Of a DNA stretch of 64,000 nucleotides, positions 31,203 to 44,185 are shown piece by piece. Each line of letters begins with the position of its first letter. The stretch's first letter is position 1. A program made the translations under genes and the position numbers. The notes beneath the pieces were generated by a model. It was not told the DNA's origin, did not search any database, and worked only from the letters and a program-made list of their open reading frames with translations. Source of the DNA: Squalus acanthias (Eukaryota); contig CM059435.1 in NCBI GenBank assembly GCA_030390025.1, forward strand, positions 101,122,001 to 101,186,000. The letters are read 5' to 3'.

Positions 31203-33533
31203 CATAGAAACATAGAAACATAGAAGATAGGAGCAGGAGTAGGCCATTCGGCCCCTCTAGCCTGCTCCACCATTCAATGCGATCATGGCTGATCATCCAA
31301 ATTCAGAACCCTGTCCCTGCTTTCTCCCCATATCCCTTGATCCCTTTAGCCTTAAGAAATATATCCAACTCCTTCTTGAATATATTTAATGAATTGGCCT
31401 CTACTGCCTTCTGAGGTAGAGAATTCCACAGGTTCACCAATCTCTGGGTGAAGAAATTCCTCCTCATTTCTGTCCTAAATGGCTTACCCCTTATCCTTAG
31501 ACTGTGACCCCTGGTTCTGGACTCCCCAACCATCGGGAACATCTTCCTGCATCTAGTCTGTCCAGTCCTGTCAGAATTTTATAAGTTTCAATGAGATCCC
31601 CTCTCATTCTTATAAACTCCAGCGAGTATAAGCCCAATCGACCCAATCTCTCCTCATACGTCATTCCTGCCATCCCAGGTATCAGCCTGGTGAATCTTCG
31701 CTGAACTCCTTCCATGGCAAGAACCTCCTTCCTCAGATAAGGTGACCAAAACTGCACACAATACTCAAGATGTGGTCTCACCAAGGCCCTGTACAACTGC
31801 AGCAAGACATCCTTGTTCCTGTACTCAAACCCTTTCACTACGAAGGCCAACATACCATTTGCCTTCTTAACCATCTGCTGCACCTGCATGCTTACCTTCA
31901 GCGACTGGTGCACATAGACACCCAGGTCTCGTTGCACTTCCCCTTCTCCCAATCTATTGCCATTCAGATAATAATCTGCCTTCCTGTTTTCGACACCAAA
32001 GTGGATAACCTCGCATTTATCCACGTTGTATTGCATCTGCCATGCTTCTGCCCAATCACCCAACCTGTCCAAATCATCCTGGAGTTTCTCAGCATCCTCC
32101 TCACAGCACACACGCCCACCCAGCTTTGTGTCGTCTGCAAACTTGGAGATATCACATCTAGTTCCCTTGTCTAGATCATTAATATATATTGTGAATAGCT
32201 GGGGTCCAAGGACTGATCCCTGCGGTACCCCACTAGTCACTGCCTGCCACTCGGAAAAAGACCCGTTTATTCCAACTCTTTGCTTTCTGTCTGCCAACCA
32301 GTTCTCTATCCAAGTCAATACCTTGCCCCCAATCCCATGTGCCTTAACTTTACACGCTAATCTCTTATGCGGGACCTTATCGAAAGCCTTTTGAAAGTCC
32401 AAATACATCACATCCACTGGTTCTCCCTTATCTATTTTACCAGTTACATCCTCAAAAAATTCCAGTAGATTAGTCAAGAACGATTTACCTTTTGTAAATC
32501 CATGTTGACTTTGTCCGATCCTGTCACTGTTTTCCAAGTGCTCTGCTATTACATTTTTTACAATGGACTCTAGCATTTTCCCCACTACCGATGTCAGTCT
32601 GTAATTCCCCGTTTTCTCTCTACCACCTTTTTTGAATAGTGGGGTAACATTAGCTACCCTCCAATCCATGGGTATTGTTCTATATATGCTTTGACGATTC
32701 TGTATCTCCTCACTTCACCCGACGAAGGAGTTGTAACTCCGAAAGCTTGTGATTTAAAATAAAACTGTTGGACTATAACCTGGTGTTGTGCGACCTCTCA
32801 ATTTTGTCCACCCCAGTCCAACACCGGCATCTCCGCATATTGTTCCAGATTCCATTGAATGTTGGTGAATGATCAGCAATGCATCTACTATTTCTAGGGC
32901 CACTTCCTTAAGTACCCTAGGATGTAGATTATCAGGCCCTGGGGATTTATCGGCCTTCAATCCCATCAATTTCCCTAACACCATTACCCTACAAATACTG
33001 ATTTCTTTCAGTTCCTCCCTTTAATCAGACCCTATGTTCCCCGACATCTCTGGGAGGTTATTTGTGTCCTCCTTTGTGAAGACAGAACCAAAATATGTAT
33101 TTAATTGGTCTGCCATTTCTTTGTTCCCCATTATAAGTTCCCCTGATTCTGACTGCAAGGGACCTACGCTTGACTTCACCAATCTTTTTCTCTTCACATA
33201 TCTATAAAAGCTTTTACAGTCAGTTTTTATGTTCCCTGCAAGCTTCCTCTCATATTCTATTTTCCCCTTCTTAATTAATCCCTTTGTCCTCCTTTGTTGA
33301 ATCCTAAACTGCTCCCAATCCTCAGGTTTACTGCTTTTTCTGGCCAATTTATATGTCCTCTCCTTGGATCTTATGCTATCCCTAATTTCCCTTGTTAGCC
33401 ACGGTTGAGTCACCTTTTTTGTTTTATTCTTATGCCAAACTGGGATGAACAAATTCTGTAGTTCATCCATGCGGTCTTTGAATGTTTGCCATTGCCTATC
33501 CACCGTCAACCCTTTGAGTGACATTCCCCAATC
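31203..33533 (-). mobile_element. 5'-truncated CR1 LINE ORF2 with solo PLE arm inserted
   Basis: 390-aa RT ORF 31497-32669 plus ORFs 33021-33524 and 31303-31542; (catagaaa)n tail at left. Confidence 0.95.
32681..32837 (+). mobile_element. Solo PLE family-1 3' arm (element F) with mutated hammerhead (32715-32752)
   Basis: Homologous to A2 right arm including tail; TSD tattgttc at 32673-32680 and 32838-32845; core reads CCGACGA, stem II ggagt-tgta-actcc. Confidence 0.88.
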
Positions 33534-33539
33534 AATTAA

Positions 33540-33795
33540 ATGAATGTCCAGTTAATCTGTATTTGATTGTGTTGGTTGATGGAGTGATATTGATCACGAC
33601 ACCTGGAGAACTCCCCTGCTCTTCCTTGATACTTACCCATAGAACACGGCAGATAGGACCTCAGTTTAATGTCTCCTTGGAAGGATGACAGCTCCAATAA
33701 TACAGCACTCCCTGGGTATTGCACTGGAGTGTCAGTCTATTCCACCAGAGTGTCAGCCCTATCATGTGTTCAAGTGCTGGAATGGAGCTTGAACT
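33540..33795 (-). mobile_element. Decayed Deu-SINE fragment
   Basis: gagaactcccctgctctt...cagcactccctgggtattgcactggagtgtcag matches 27640-27830. Confidence 0.65.
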
Positions 33796-33879
33796 AATTT
33801 ACTTCAGTAAATGAAATGGGGCTTACAATATCAATTTTGATACCAATTTTTTGCCATCACCACAATAAAAACTTCAGTT

Positions 33880-35900
33880 TCACATCAATGCCCGATGTGT
33901 AACATATGCCTTCCTCAAGCTTTGAGTGGCATTCAACATGGTTGTTCACTTCAAACTACTCCATCATCTCTCCTCCGGGCACACCTCTATGACACTGTAC
34001 TCACTTGATTCCACTGTCTGAACATAGCCAGCACATCTCCTGCCATGACTTCTTCTCCCACTCACACACAGTCACCTTGAGAGTGCAGCAAGGTTCCATC
34101 CTTAGTCCCTTTATACTCATCCAGTTGATATGCTGTGGCAACATATTGGGCCGGATTTTGCTCTGTTCTTTAGACTTGCACTTGCCCATAGATTTTCTAT
34201 GGGCTTTTGCATGGCAAGTTGCTGTCTGCCAACATTCAAAAAGTGCAGCACCCTCTACAGGGCATTTGGGACCTGCGAGAGCAGGGCAAGCAACTGTACA
34301 TCTCCTTAACCAATCAGATTGAAGAATTGTTAATGAGCAGCGTAGAGTCTGAACCAGGAAGGATCAATTCGAATATTAAATTCAATGTCAAATCAGTTAC
34401 AGAAAGCAAAATAACGAGAGGGAAAGAAAGATTGGATTAAGAGAGAGAGAGATAAAAGAGACAGAAATAAAAAGTAAAACAAAATGATGTACATTTAAAA
34501 ACAAATTCCAACAATAATCAAAAGCTGAAAGAATGAGACTCCACACTTGCAAAAGTTAATTTTCAGTGCCAGAGTGGTTGCTTTGCAGTAATTAAGACAC
34601 TGTTGAAAGGGTACATAAACTGGAATGGACAAGCCCTAACATTTTTTGCCATGTTTAGTTATAAGTACAGCAACTTCACGCCAATGAGGAACCAGATGTC
34701 GAAATGCCGTTTTGCTCAGCTTTTAGAGGAGTGCCTCATCTCAAACATTACAACAGTGACTACACTTCAAAAGTATTCATTGGCTGTAAAGTGCTTTTGG
34801 ACATCCTGAGGTTGTAAAAGGCACTATATAAATGTAAATCTTTCTTTCTTTTCTCGAACAGCAACTTCCAGATTTCCGTGTTTAACTGTGCATATGGGGT
34901 CTCTGGAAGTTGCTGTCCAATTTGCACATATATAACGGTGAGCGCTGTTAGCCTCACTCTTAATTTTATAGCAAACCCCAGCCCAATCTGTAAATTTGAG
35001 GTCAGCTTCTATACATACGCTGAAGACAGCAACTCTACCTTTTTGTCGCCACCTTAGACTCCATGACTATCATGGTGCTGTCTGACATAAAGTCATGGAT
35101 GAGTGAGAACTTTTCAACTTAACATCAGCAAGAACAAAGCCATTCTGTTTCGGTCCCACCAAAAACTCTGCACTATAGCCCCTAATTTCACCCCTTCACC
35201 ATCCATTTCTTCAGGCTGAATCAAACAGTGCACAGCCACAATGTCCTTTTGACTCTGAGCTAAGCTTTAAACCTGGATCCTATCTATCACTAAGAATGCC
35301 TATTTCTAACTCTACAACATGGCCAGCCTATCTCCTTACCCAGCTGTCACTAAAACCCAGACCGTTGTCATCTTCTGACTAGATTTCTACAATGCTATCT
35401 TCACTGGGCTCCTGGTTACATTCTACATAAACTATAACATCCAAAACTTTGCCACCCATATTCTACACTGCACTAATTTCCAATCCCCATCACTCTTGTC
35501 CTTGGTAACCTCTACTAGCTCCCTATCCTCCAACTCCATCAAATTCAAAATCACTTTGCTCATTTACAAATCCCTGCATGGCATTGCCCCTCTCTACTTC
35601 TGCAACATCTTGCAGCCCTACATGCCAGCTCACATCCTTTACACTTTCGACTCTAATCTCTTCTGCATTGTCAATCCACCATCCATGACAGAACCTTCAA
35701 TTGCATTAGTCCCACGTTTTCCAGAAACTCCATCACCTGCTACAATCTCTACCCTTATTCAAAAGCCTCTTCAAAATCTACCTTTTTAAATATGCCTTTG
35801 ATCACTTCCTCTAACCATCACCTACCACTGGTTGGTATCCATGCTTACCTTCATCAAGTGCTTTGGGATGTTTTACTATATTAAAGGTATTATAGTCATT
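33880..35900 (+). mobile_element. Old L2-type LINE fragment interrupted by a DNA element at 34148-34984
   Basis: Remnants RVQQGSILSP, IKFKITLLIYKSLHGIAPLY and tail aagtgctttgggatgttttactatattaaaggtattata. Confidence 0.65.
34148..34984. mobile_element. Non-autonomous DNA transposon (G-rich TIRs)
   Basis: gggccggattttgct ... agcaaaccccagccc imperfect terminal inverted repeats; interrupts L2. Confidence 0.55.
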
Positions 35901-36582
35901 GTTGACCTGAAATAAAAATAGAACGTACACAAAGCCAGCCAATCAACATCTCAAAAAACCAAAACAGATTAATATTTTGTGCATAATTCTTCATCAATTT
36001 TACATTTTCTTTGTCTTTTTTGGTGTACCATTTTGATCAAGCACCAAAGCCCCAATTTTAATTTGAAGCGGGAATCGGGTGGGTTGGGGCTCAGGCAGGT
36101 GGTAAACAGTCCTGACCTTGTCAGTGTGAGGCTCTGGAGGTTTTAACTCATGAACCTCATCTGCATGCTACCAGTCAGTTTCCTGCCTGAAACCAACGGG
36201 AAGCTTGCAGCTGGCCTGCTGGCAGAGCACAATGTCAAATGACAAGAGGCAGATGATGGGGACCAAAGAAACGGTCCCTGGCACTCAGGTAAGTCACTTT
36301 AAGGTGGTTTCGGGAGGGTCTCGCGATCGCTGAGGGAACCCCAAAGCAGGGGAGGCCTAAATGCTTCTTACGGAGCCTGGAGGAGCATAAGTGCTCCTCC
36401 TAGCCCCACAAGGAATGTAAAAAAGAAAGTAAAAAGACTTGCCTTTTTGGCCCTCTTCTTGCCTGGATCCTTTTCCTACTAATACAAAAGCAAAATACTG
36501 CGGATGCTGGAAATCTGAAATAAAAACAGAAGATGCTGGAAATACTCAGCAGGTCAGGCAGCATCTGTGGAGAGAGAAACAG

Positions 36583-36619
36583 AGTTAACGTTTCAGGTCG
36601 ATGACCCTTTGTCAGAACT
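36583..36619 (-). ncRNA. Hammerhead ribozyme with core mutation (D left arm)
   Basis: Reverse strand: AGUU CUGACAA A GGGUC-auc-GACCU GAAA CG UU AACU; G8>A, probably inactive. Confidence 0.6.
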
Positions 36620-37392
36620 GGAAAAAGCTGGAGATGGAACAGGTTTTTAAGCAAGTGCTGGGTCAGGGAAAGGGGGGAGGGGAGGAAAGAACAAAAGGGA
36701 AGGTCTGTGATAGGATGGAAGGCAGGAGAGATTAAGAGACATTAAGAGAGATTAAAGATGGTACTGGGACAAGTTAAGAAACAAAAGATGGCTCTAGATG
36801 AAGTGTAAATGGCACTGGCAGAATGAAAGACAGCTGCCATGTGGGAGAGACCATTGGGGAGACCAAACACAGATTGGGTGACCGTTTTGCAGAACACCTT
36901 CGTTCAGTCCGTAAGGGTGACCCCGAGCTTCCGGTCGCCTGTCACTTTAATTCTCCACTCCATTCCCACTCAGACCTCACCATCCTCGGCCTCTTACACT
37001 GTTCCAATGAAGCTCAATGTAAGCTAGAGGAACAGCACCTCATCTTTCGATTAGGCACTTTACAGCCTTCTGGACTCAACATAGAGTTCAACAATTTCAG
37101 ACTATAACCTCTGCCCCTTTCCTTTTTGTTCATTTATTGTTTTTCTGTCTCTCACATGGCAGCTGTCTTTCATTCTGCCAGTGCCATTTACACTTCATCT
37201 AGAGCCATCTTTTGTTTCTTAACTTGTCCCATTACCATCTCCTTTTGCCTTGCACCATCTCTTAATCTCTCTTAATGTCTCTTAATCTCTCCTGCCTTCC
37301 ATCCTATCACAGATAGGATGTTCTTTCCTCCCCTCCCCCCTTTCCCTGCCCCTGCACTTGCTTAAAAACCTGTTCCATCTCCAGCTTTTTCC

Positions 37393-37429
37393 AGTTCTGA
37401 CGAAGGGTCAGCGACCTGAAACGTTAACT
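37393..37429 (+). ncRNA. Minimal hammerhead ribozyme (D right arm)
   Basis: agtt ctgacga a gggtc agc gacct gaaa cg tt aact. Confidence 0.8.
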
Positions 37430-40400
37430 CTGTTTCTCTCTCCACAGATGTTGCCTGACCTGCTGAGTATTTCCAGCATCTTCTGTTTTTATTCCTTTTC
37501 CTACTAGATGGACTTGGCAGGAAAGGCACAACCGCTTCTCCACTCAGGCCTATAGTTAAAATTGCAGTCGCACCCCGATTATATCATCAGAGACAATCTC
37601 CATATTTGAAGAAGGAACCTACGGTTTCCAGCAGGTTTCCTTTTCACCTACTCAAAAGAGCAGGATAAAACTGTAGCATGTGGTACATCGGCGAGTGAGT
37701 CCCACGGGTAATTTTAACTGCTTGCTTGACCAGGTTAAAATCGCTCTCTAAATACATGTATTTAACTGAGAAAAAAATTCAAGGGTGAAAAAAATGGAAA
37801 AGCTAAAAAATTAAATAAAAATCTCATCGTCATTCCGTATGAATTGTTCAACTGGTTGGTGTCATGGATTGAATAGATAATACAAGCAGATGCATGGCTG
37901 TGATTCAACCCATGACAGCATCAGTGGAGCAGTCCTTTAAGAACGGGAAAGCATAGCATAGTGAGAACTGTAAATGTTTATTTTAAATTGCTTTTTAAAT
38001 TCAGTTTTCAGTGAGCAATGCTACTACTTACCAGAATTTTAAAAATGAACTGTTTACAGTATAAGTAGAGATTTACTTATAATAGTTACCATATTTTCTT
38101 TGAAACTTTATATGCAATGGTCTTTTTATATCTACAGTTTGTTCCAATGAGTTATTTTGAGATTGAGTGCTGCTTTGCAATGTATATGGTTGTGGGAGGA
38201 GTACATGTTTCACCAGAGTCCACTTTATAACTGCAAGATTATCATCAGTGTTAGATATCATCTGACGCTGCATAGCTAAAAAAGCAAAAATAGCAACATA
38301 ATATGTTAAAATACACATAAGTAATAATCGGACTCCTTAGCATCTTAAACAAGAAAGAGAAGGAACGATAGAAGATAAGACACATGAGAAAAACCAAGTT
38401 TCCTGCTGAAACATGTCCTTCATTTTTATCCTAAACTAACAGATTTGTTTACAATAAGGTGACACTGATAGTTTATGCTAATCAAGAGTACAGCTCCAAA
38501 GTCAACTGCAGGGCTGGAATCTATGAGACTGTACGGATGGAATTTTAGTCTACGACAGTCACTAAAGTAAATCTGACATTTTCAAGGCACAAATCTTCCA
38601 TAACAAAACAGACAGCATCTTGGCACCTGATGCGAGAGTTGTACCAATGGCAGAGATTATTTGTAGGAAAGTGAAAGAAGTTAAACTAACTCTGTAAGGT
38701 TTTCATATTCTAGAAAAGCTGTTTTATTTGTCCTCTTTCTTCCTCAAGCCTGCAATAACTGGTTCTCCTAATTACCCTTCCTCCACATATGGAAAAATAT
38801 CTGGCCTTTGCTCTGTATTTCTCCATGTCACAGATGAGATTAGTAACGCCAAGTGTGGCAGAAACGTATATACTGTAATGTAGCACCACCCGTAAACCTT
38901 CATTTCAAGTTCATCAATGGTTGGTCAAATAAGCCATGGAGGTTACTTTAATAAAGTAGCTGAGGAAAAAAGCTCTTGTAATGTTGCATCGTACAGTACT
39001 TGTAAGAGCTTATAGGTGAAGGTTCACTGATAAAAATAAATGAACTATAATTAATTCTGAGCAGTCAACAGAAAAATACTACTCTACCTTTTCTAGGTCA
39101 AATAGTAAATCAATTTTCATTATCGTTGTGAAAGTCACCAAAAATTAATTTCAAGCCTGAGCCTAATTACAAAAAAGGCATTTAACCTTAGCCAAATTCT
39201 TCACCCTAAAAAGATACAATAAACTCAGCCCAAAATGATCAAAATGAGTCAATTAAATTCTGGAATTCTAGAATATTAGAATAGGAAGCTGCATATTACA
39301 GTTGAATGGACATTCCCAATTTCAGAGGTTGATCTCCTGCTCTCTTGTGGTGGAGGGCCTCTTGAAATTGTCAGAAACCAGCACTTTCCATGAGTACAGT
39401 TGTCGCTTGATCATAAAAAGAAACAAAAGCTATTCAGATAATATTCAGCTACAGGATTACCAGGGAATCTGTTTTTTGCTTTTGAATCATAAAAAGGAAT
39501 TCTGATGAAGAATTTAATTAATTTCATCAATATATATTTTCCCATACACAGCAGAGAATATAAATGCTTCCTCTTAACAGATGGTAAACTCGTCTTTTCT
39601 TTATTAGTGAAGATAATTAGATCAGTTGTCCATTGACATTATCCCACTGGCAAAGGCATTCATCAACGATTAAAGCCAGTTGGTAAGGAGCCAAGCCACA
39701 GAAATGTATTACAGGTCATGATTTTAGGCCTCCTGATTTTAGATTTTAACCCAAAGATACCTGATAATTACCACCTAAAAGATGAATTCCAAAATAAGAT
39801 TTTAACTCGATAAACTCAAAAATGTTATTTCCAAGCCGAATTGTCATAAAATAAAAAGACTAGTCTATTTTTGATACTGACCAATAATCAAAATTGCAAT
39901 CTCATTTGGGTGATTGAACAGTAAACAGGGCATAAACTATTCCTGACATTTTGTTGTTTAAATCAATACAATGCAAAATGGAGGTGGCGGGTCATTAAGC
40001 TGATTCATGTGACTTTTTTTAAGAGAAATCAGGGCACCAATAAATTCATCATTTGCCTTGTTTTGTAGTCAGACATCTGTAAACATCTAAGTGATAATTT
40101 CTCGACTTTGCATTACCAGCAGGGAGCTTTACCCTTTGGTAGTGCATATTGGAAATTTGGCAAATATGCCTGGAACCTTAATATCCAAATATCATAAAAA
40201 AATAAAAACATTTACTTACAATGCAACATCAGTGTCCATAACAGCATAGGCGTCACAGGTCTTGGAACTGCACTTGAGTGTCACATTTAATTCTATCAGC
40301 GCATGCATTAGACAGCCACTGCTCTAGCTGGCACAATGATGGTATTCAGCCTGACAATGTAAAATGAGTTTGCATCGCCTTAAGGAGGTGGATTTGTTCA

Positions 40401-42749
40401 ACTATGTGGAAGAGTTTGTTTGCTCAAAGCATGGCTCTAGTGGAAATGAATTATTCTGGGAAAAATCATCTATAACACAATGGTCATAATAAGAAAAGCT
40501 ATATTCTAAACAAAACACAATAAAGATATGTACAACCACTTTATCACAAATATCGGTAAGAAAAATGTAGACATTTATAGAGATTCTGCAGTGTTTTAAT
40601 CTTCATAGTAGATTGGCCTAGAACACAGGCAAGATAATGCACTGGAACCACTGCAAAGGCAGATCATTTAAATATTTGATGGCACACTCAGGGTTGAACA
40701 CATGATGTGCTGGGAGTATTCTGAGAATAGGGGCTGAATTTCCTGCACCCGCAGCTCTTAAAGGTGGCTAGCACATTTGCTTTGCATAAAAAATGGCTTT
40801 GGGCAAAACAACCCCATTTAGCAATCAGGCATTGGATTTTACTGTAGGAGGTTCCGCATTGAAGAGCGGCTCGATTAGGAGGGAATGGCCACCCAGCAAT
40901 AAAGAGTACCATCAGAGCAGCATGGATGGAGGTGATGGAGTCTGCCAAAACAGTCTAACACATAACTCAATCCTGGGAGCAGGATGAAATTTTACAGCCT
41001 ATACAAAATGCCAAGGAAATTGTGCAAACATGTGACAACATTTTAATGGTGTGTCTTTATTGTTCTTCATTGTAAACTGATTACATTATCACAGAAGGAG
41101 AACTCAATGAATTTTGTCAAATGTGTATCCTTCTAAATGGACAGGCATGCTCATGTTTTAACGTGGCACAGCCATAAACTAAGTGTTGAACATGTTGCCT
41201 GTTAAATTAAGCAAATGACAAACACTAAGTGCTATGCCAACACAAGATTCCTTAATACTTCCTGCTTATACATTCACATTAGGTAGCTAGAAAACAGTCA
41301 ACATGGTTGCAGTGCCAGAAAAACATCACAGACCTCACCAGATGGGGCTAGGTAAACCATTGGCTGTCTATGCTTCTCACCAAAGAAAAACTACTCTGTG
41401 CAGCTCAATACATTCTGTCCCTCGCAATCTCTATTCTTTAGCACAGGCTCTAAACCATAGAACAATTCAATCTTTCAGCACAGAAGGAGCCTATTTGGTC
41501 CATTGTGTCTGGGCCAGCTCTTTTCTAGGGCAATCCAAAACTAATCCCACAGCCCCACTTTCTCACCATAGCTCTAAAATCTGGGGGGGGGGGGGGTGCG
41601 GGGGTGGACACATAGCTGTAGCAGACTCCCACCCTCCAATTTTCCTTCTATTTTAATCAATGGAAGAAAATCAGGCAGGCTGTACTATTGCGTGCAATCC
41701 TCCCACCAAACTTTTGAGTCTGCTTTCTGCCCAGGTGATGCTTAATGGCTAGGCAGTAAAGATAAAAATCTGCCCCATTAAGTTTAAAATACAGTCCCCA
41801 CGGCTTATAGCGGACGCATTCCTGGATATTATACTGAGGACTGTAAAGTTCTAAATAGTAGGGAATATTATCTGAGCCTAATTAATACTTCTATTGAAAA
41901 CAATGGACAGGTTTTCAGTCAGAAACAAATGCTTCATGCTTGGAGTGTTTACAGTGCCTCACAAATTTTACAGCTGCCAAGTGTAAGGGGCACTTTAAAT
42001 TTGCTCAGAAAATACTTTCAGCAATCTGCAAGATTGCATGCTATATTAGTCACACATTCTTGCATATTTATTATGCTCCTAGAGCAAGGCCATTCTGGAA
42101 GTGAGGAAATGAAAGAGGTTAGACATTTAACAAGTCTGGACAGCGACTAAATAGTAAATAGTGAAAGCACCTGTGTGGTATTTGTTCAAAAGATGAATAC
42201 ACATATTTTCTATATTTTAGCAAACATTTTGGTTGATTCCAAGTTGTAATTTTGCCAGTGTAAGATGGGGCTGAGTACTTTGGCGGGGTTTGTCACAGAC
42301 TCTTGGAAATGCTTGTTCATTTACCAAAAAGAAGATACAGTATTCAGATAGGAATTTATTTCTCCAGCTTATGTTACTGATGGCAGCCTGAGACATCCAC
42401 AGTCATATTTTCCATGCCATGGCTATAAAAAAGAAAGGAATATTGACCTAAAATTTGAAGGAATGGAACTGCTAACATGACTTTGAAAGAAGCTCCAGTA
42501 CTGTTGACTCAATAAAGTTCAATCTGTTTTCTTTTTTGGTGAATTATTCTGCTCATCAGAGGGAAGGACATCAGTTCTGGGAACTGGAAAATGAAGCATT
42601 ACTTCATTTTGGGCATGACATGCCAGAGGCAAACACAAGCTGGATGCAAAGTAATACCATGACAATTCTGAACTTTTGCCGTGATTTTCCTTATGGCAAC
42701 TCAGGAGTGCGGTATAATGCGACTTTAGTGATGTTAGTGAGACAACCTC

Positions 42750-44185
42750 CATAGGAACAGGAGTAGGTCATTCAGCCCCTCAAATCTGTTCACATTCAAT
42801 TAGATCATGGCTGATCTGTACCTCAACTTCATCTACCTGCCTTTTATCCAGATCCCTTGATACCCTTACTAATAAAAAACTGTGGACCTCAAACTTGAAA
42901 ATGCGAATTGACCCAGCATCTACAGCCTTTTGAGGGAGAGAATTTCACATTTCCACTACCCGTTGTGTGAAAAAGTGCTTCCTGATTTCACGCTTGAATT
43001 CCCGAGCTTTAATTTAAAGATTATGGGGGAGAAATTTCAGTATCGCCCCATTTGGGGCGCAATTATCGGCCCAGCGCAAAGATTAGCGCCTGGCGCTAAT
43101 TATCGCCTCCGACTGCAAACTTGACTTTTATTGCCCCTGGAGGTGATTGGAGTGCTAAATCAGGCGCTACACATCTGTCTTAAGGCGCAAAGGCTGAGGA
43201 GCGAGGTGCTAACTCAGAGCGCTGGCGAAGCTCATGTGATGTCAGTCAGCAATGGAACACAGACACAATGGCGCCGGCCAGTTCTTAAAGGGGAGGGTTG
43301 ATCTTGCTTTCCATCCACATCCTGCTCATTGCAGCCTTGAATCTCGGCCTGGAGAGACCTGTACATCAAATCTGCTGGAAAGAACAATGGAGAGGACCAG
43401 GGAAAGAGCTCAGAGTGCAGCCCCCACAGTCTCTTCTAAATCGATACAAGGAAGGGCAAATCAAAATGAACCTGCAAAGTGCTGCTCAGTACCCAAAACT
43501 CCTTCACACAACGTTGAATCTCTCCAGAAGTCTCTCTCTCTCTCTCTCAGAATGCGTGGTTCAAAAATGTCACCAACAAAAAAAGGCAGGAAGCGGTCGC
43601 CTTTAAATAGCACTCCCCCAGTCCCTTCCTGACTGCAAAATGCTCCCCTCAACCTGTCGTTGCTAGCGGCAGGCGGTAAGTCAGGGGGCGCCACTCAATA
43701 TCCACTCTGGGACGCTACCGGGGCATTGCACACTCGACTGACGTCACGATCTGCCGGCGCAGGAGATCATGGCGGCAGTGTTTAGCGCCGCCGCAAAATG
43801 TCTAGTTAATTTCACGAGCGGCGCAAACATCACCGCGCCCGGGCGCTAGTTGCTTTGCCCCCCATTTGCGCCCTCTTAAGGCGCTAATGGGCGATGCAAC
43901 CAACTGAATTTTTCCCCCTATGTCCCCTTGTTCTGGAATCCTCCACCAGAGGAAAGAGTTTCTCTGTATCTACTCTATCTAATACTTTTATCATTTTAAA
44001 CACATCAATTAAATCACCCCTCAACCTTCTAAACTTAAGGGAATATAAGCCAAGTTTATGCAACCAGTCCACATAATTTAACCTTTAAGCCCTGCTTTCA
44101 ATCTGATGAATCTGCACTGTACCTCCTCCAAGGCTAATATATCTTTTCTGAGGTGTGGTGCCCAAAACTGAATGCAGTAGTCTCC
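42750..44185 (-). mobile_element. CR1 3' fragment interrupted by a MITE
   Basis: Tail cataggaacaggagtaggtcattcagccc; KLGLYSLKFRRLRGDLIDVFK; YCIQFWAPHLRKDI. Confidence 0.85.
43025..43918. mobile_element. Non-autonomous PIF/Harbinger-like DNA element
   Basis: TIRs gggggagaaatttcagt / actgaatttttccccc; 3-bp TSD TAT (43022-43024, 43919-43921); CpG-rich subterminal gcgcc repeats; CR1 host rejoins. Confidence 0.75.

Larger units (their letters stand above)
36482..37492. mobile_element. Palindromic PLE-derived element D (family 2), tail on left
   Basis: Arms about 36519-36848 and 37147-37492. Loop encodes IGETKHRLGDRFAEHLRSV...GLNIEFNNFRL* (+). TSD tccttttcctacta at 36468-36481 and 37493-37506. 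Confidence 0.92.
36048..37748. mobile_element. Degenerate GC-rich non-autonomous DNA element hosting PLE palindrome D
   Basis: Ends gccccaattttaa... / ...ttaaaatcgctc; internal sequence is colinear across D. Confidence 0.45.
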
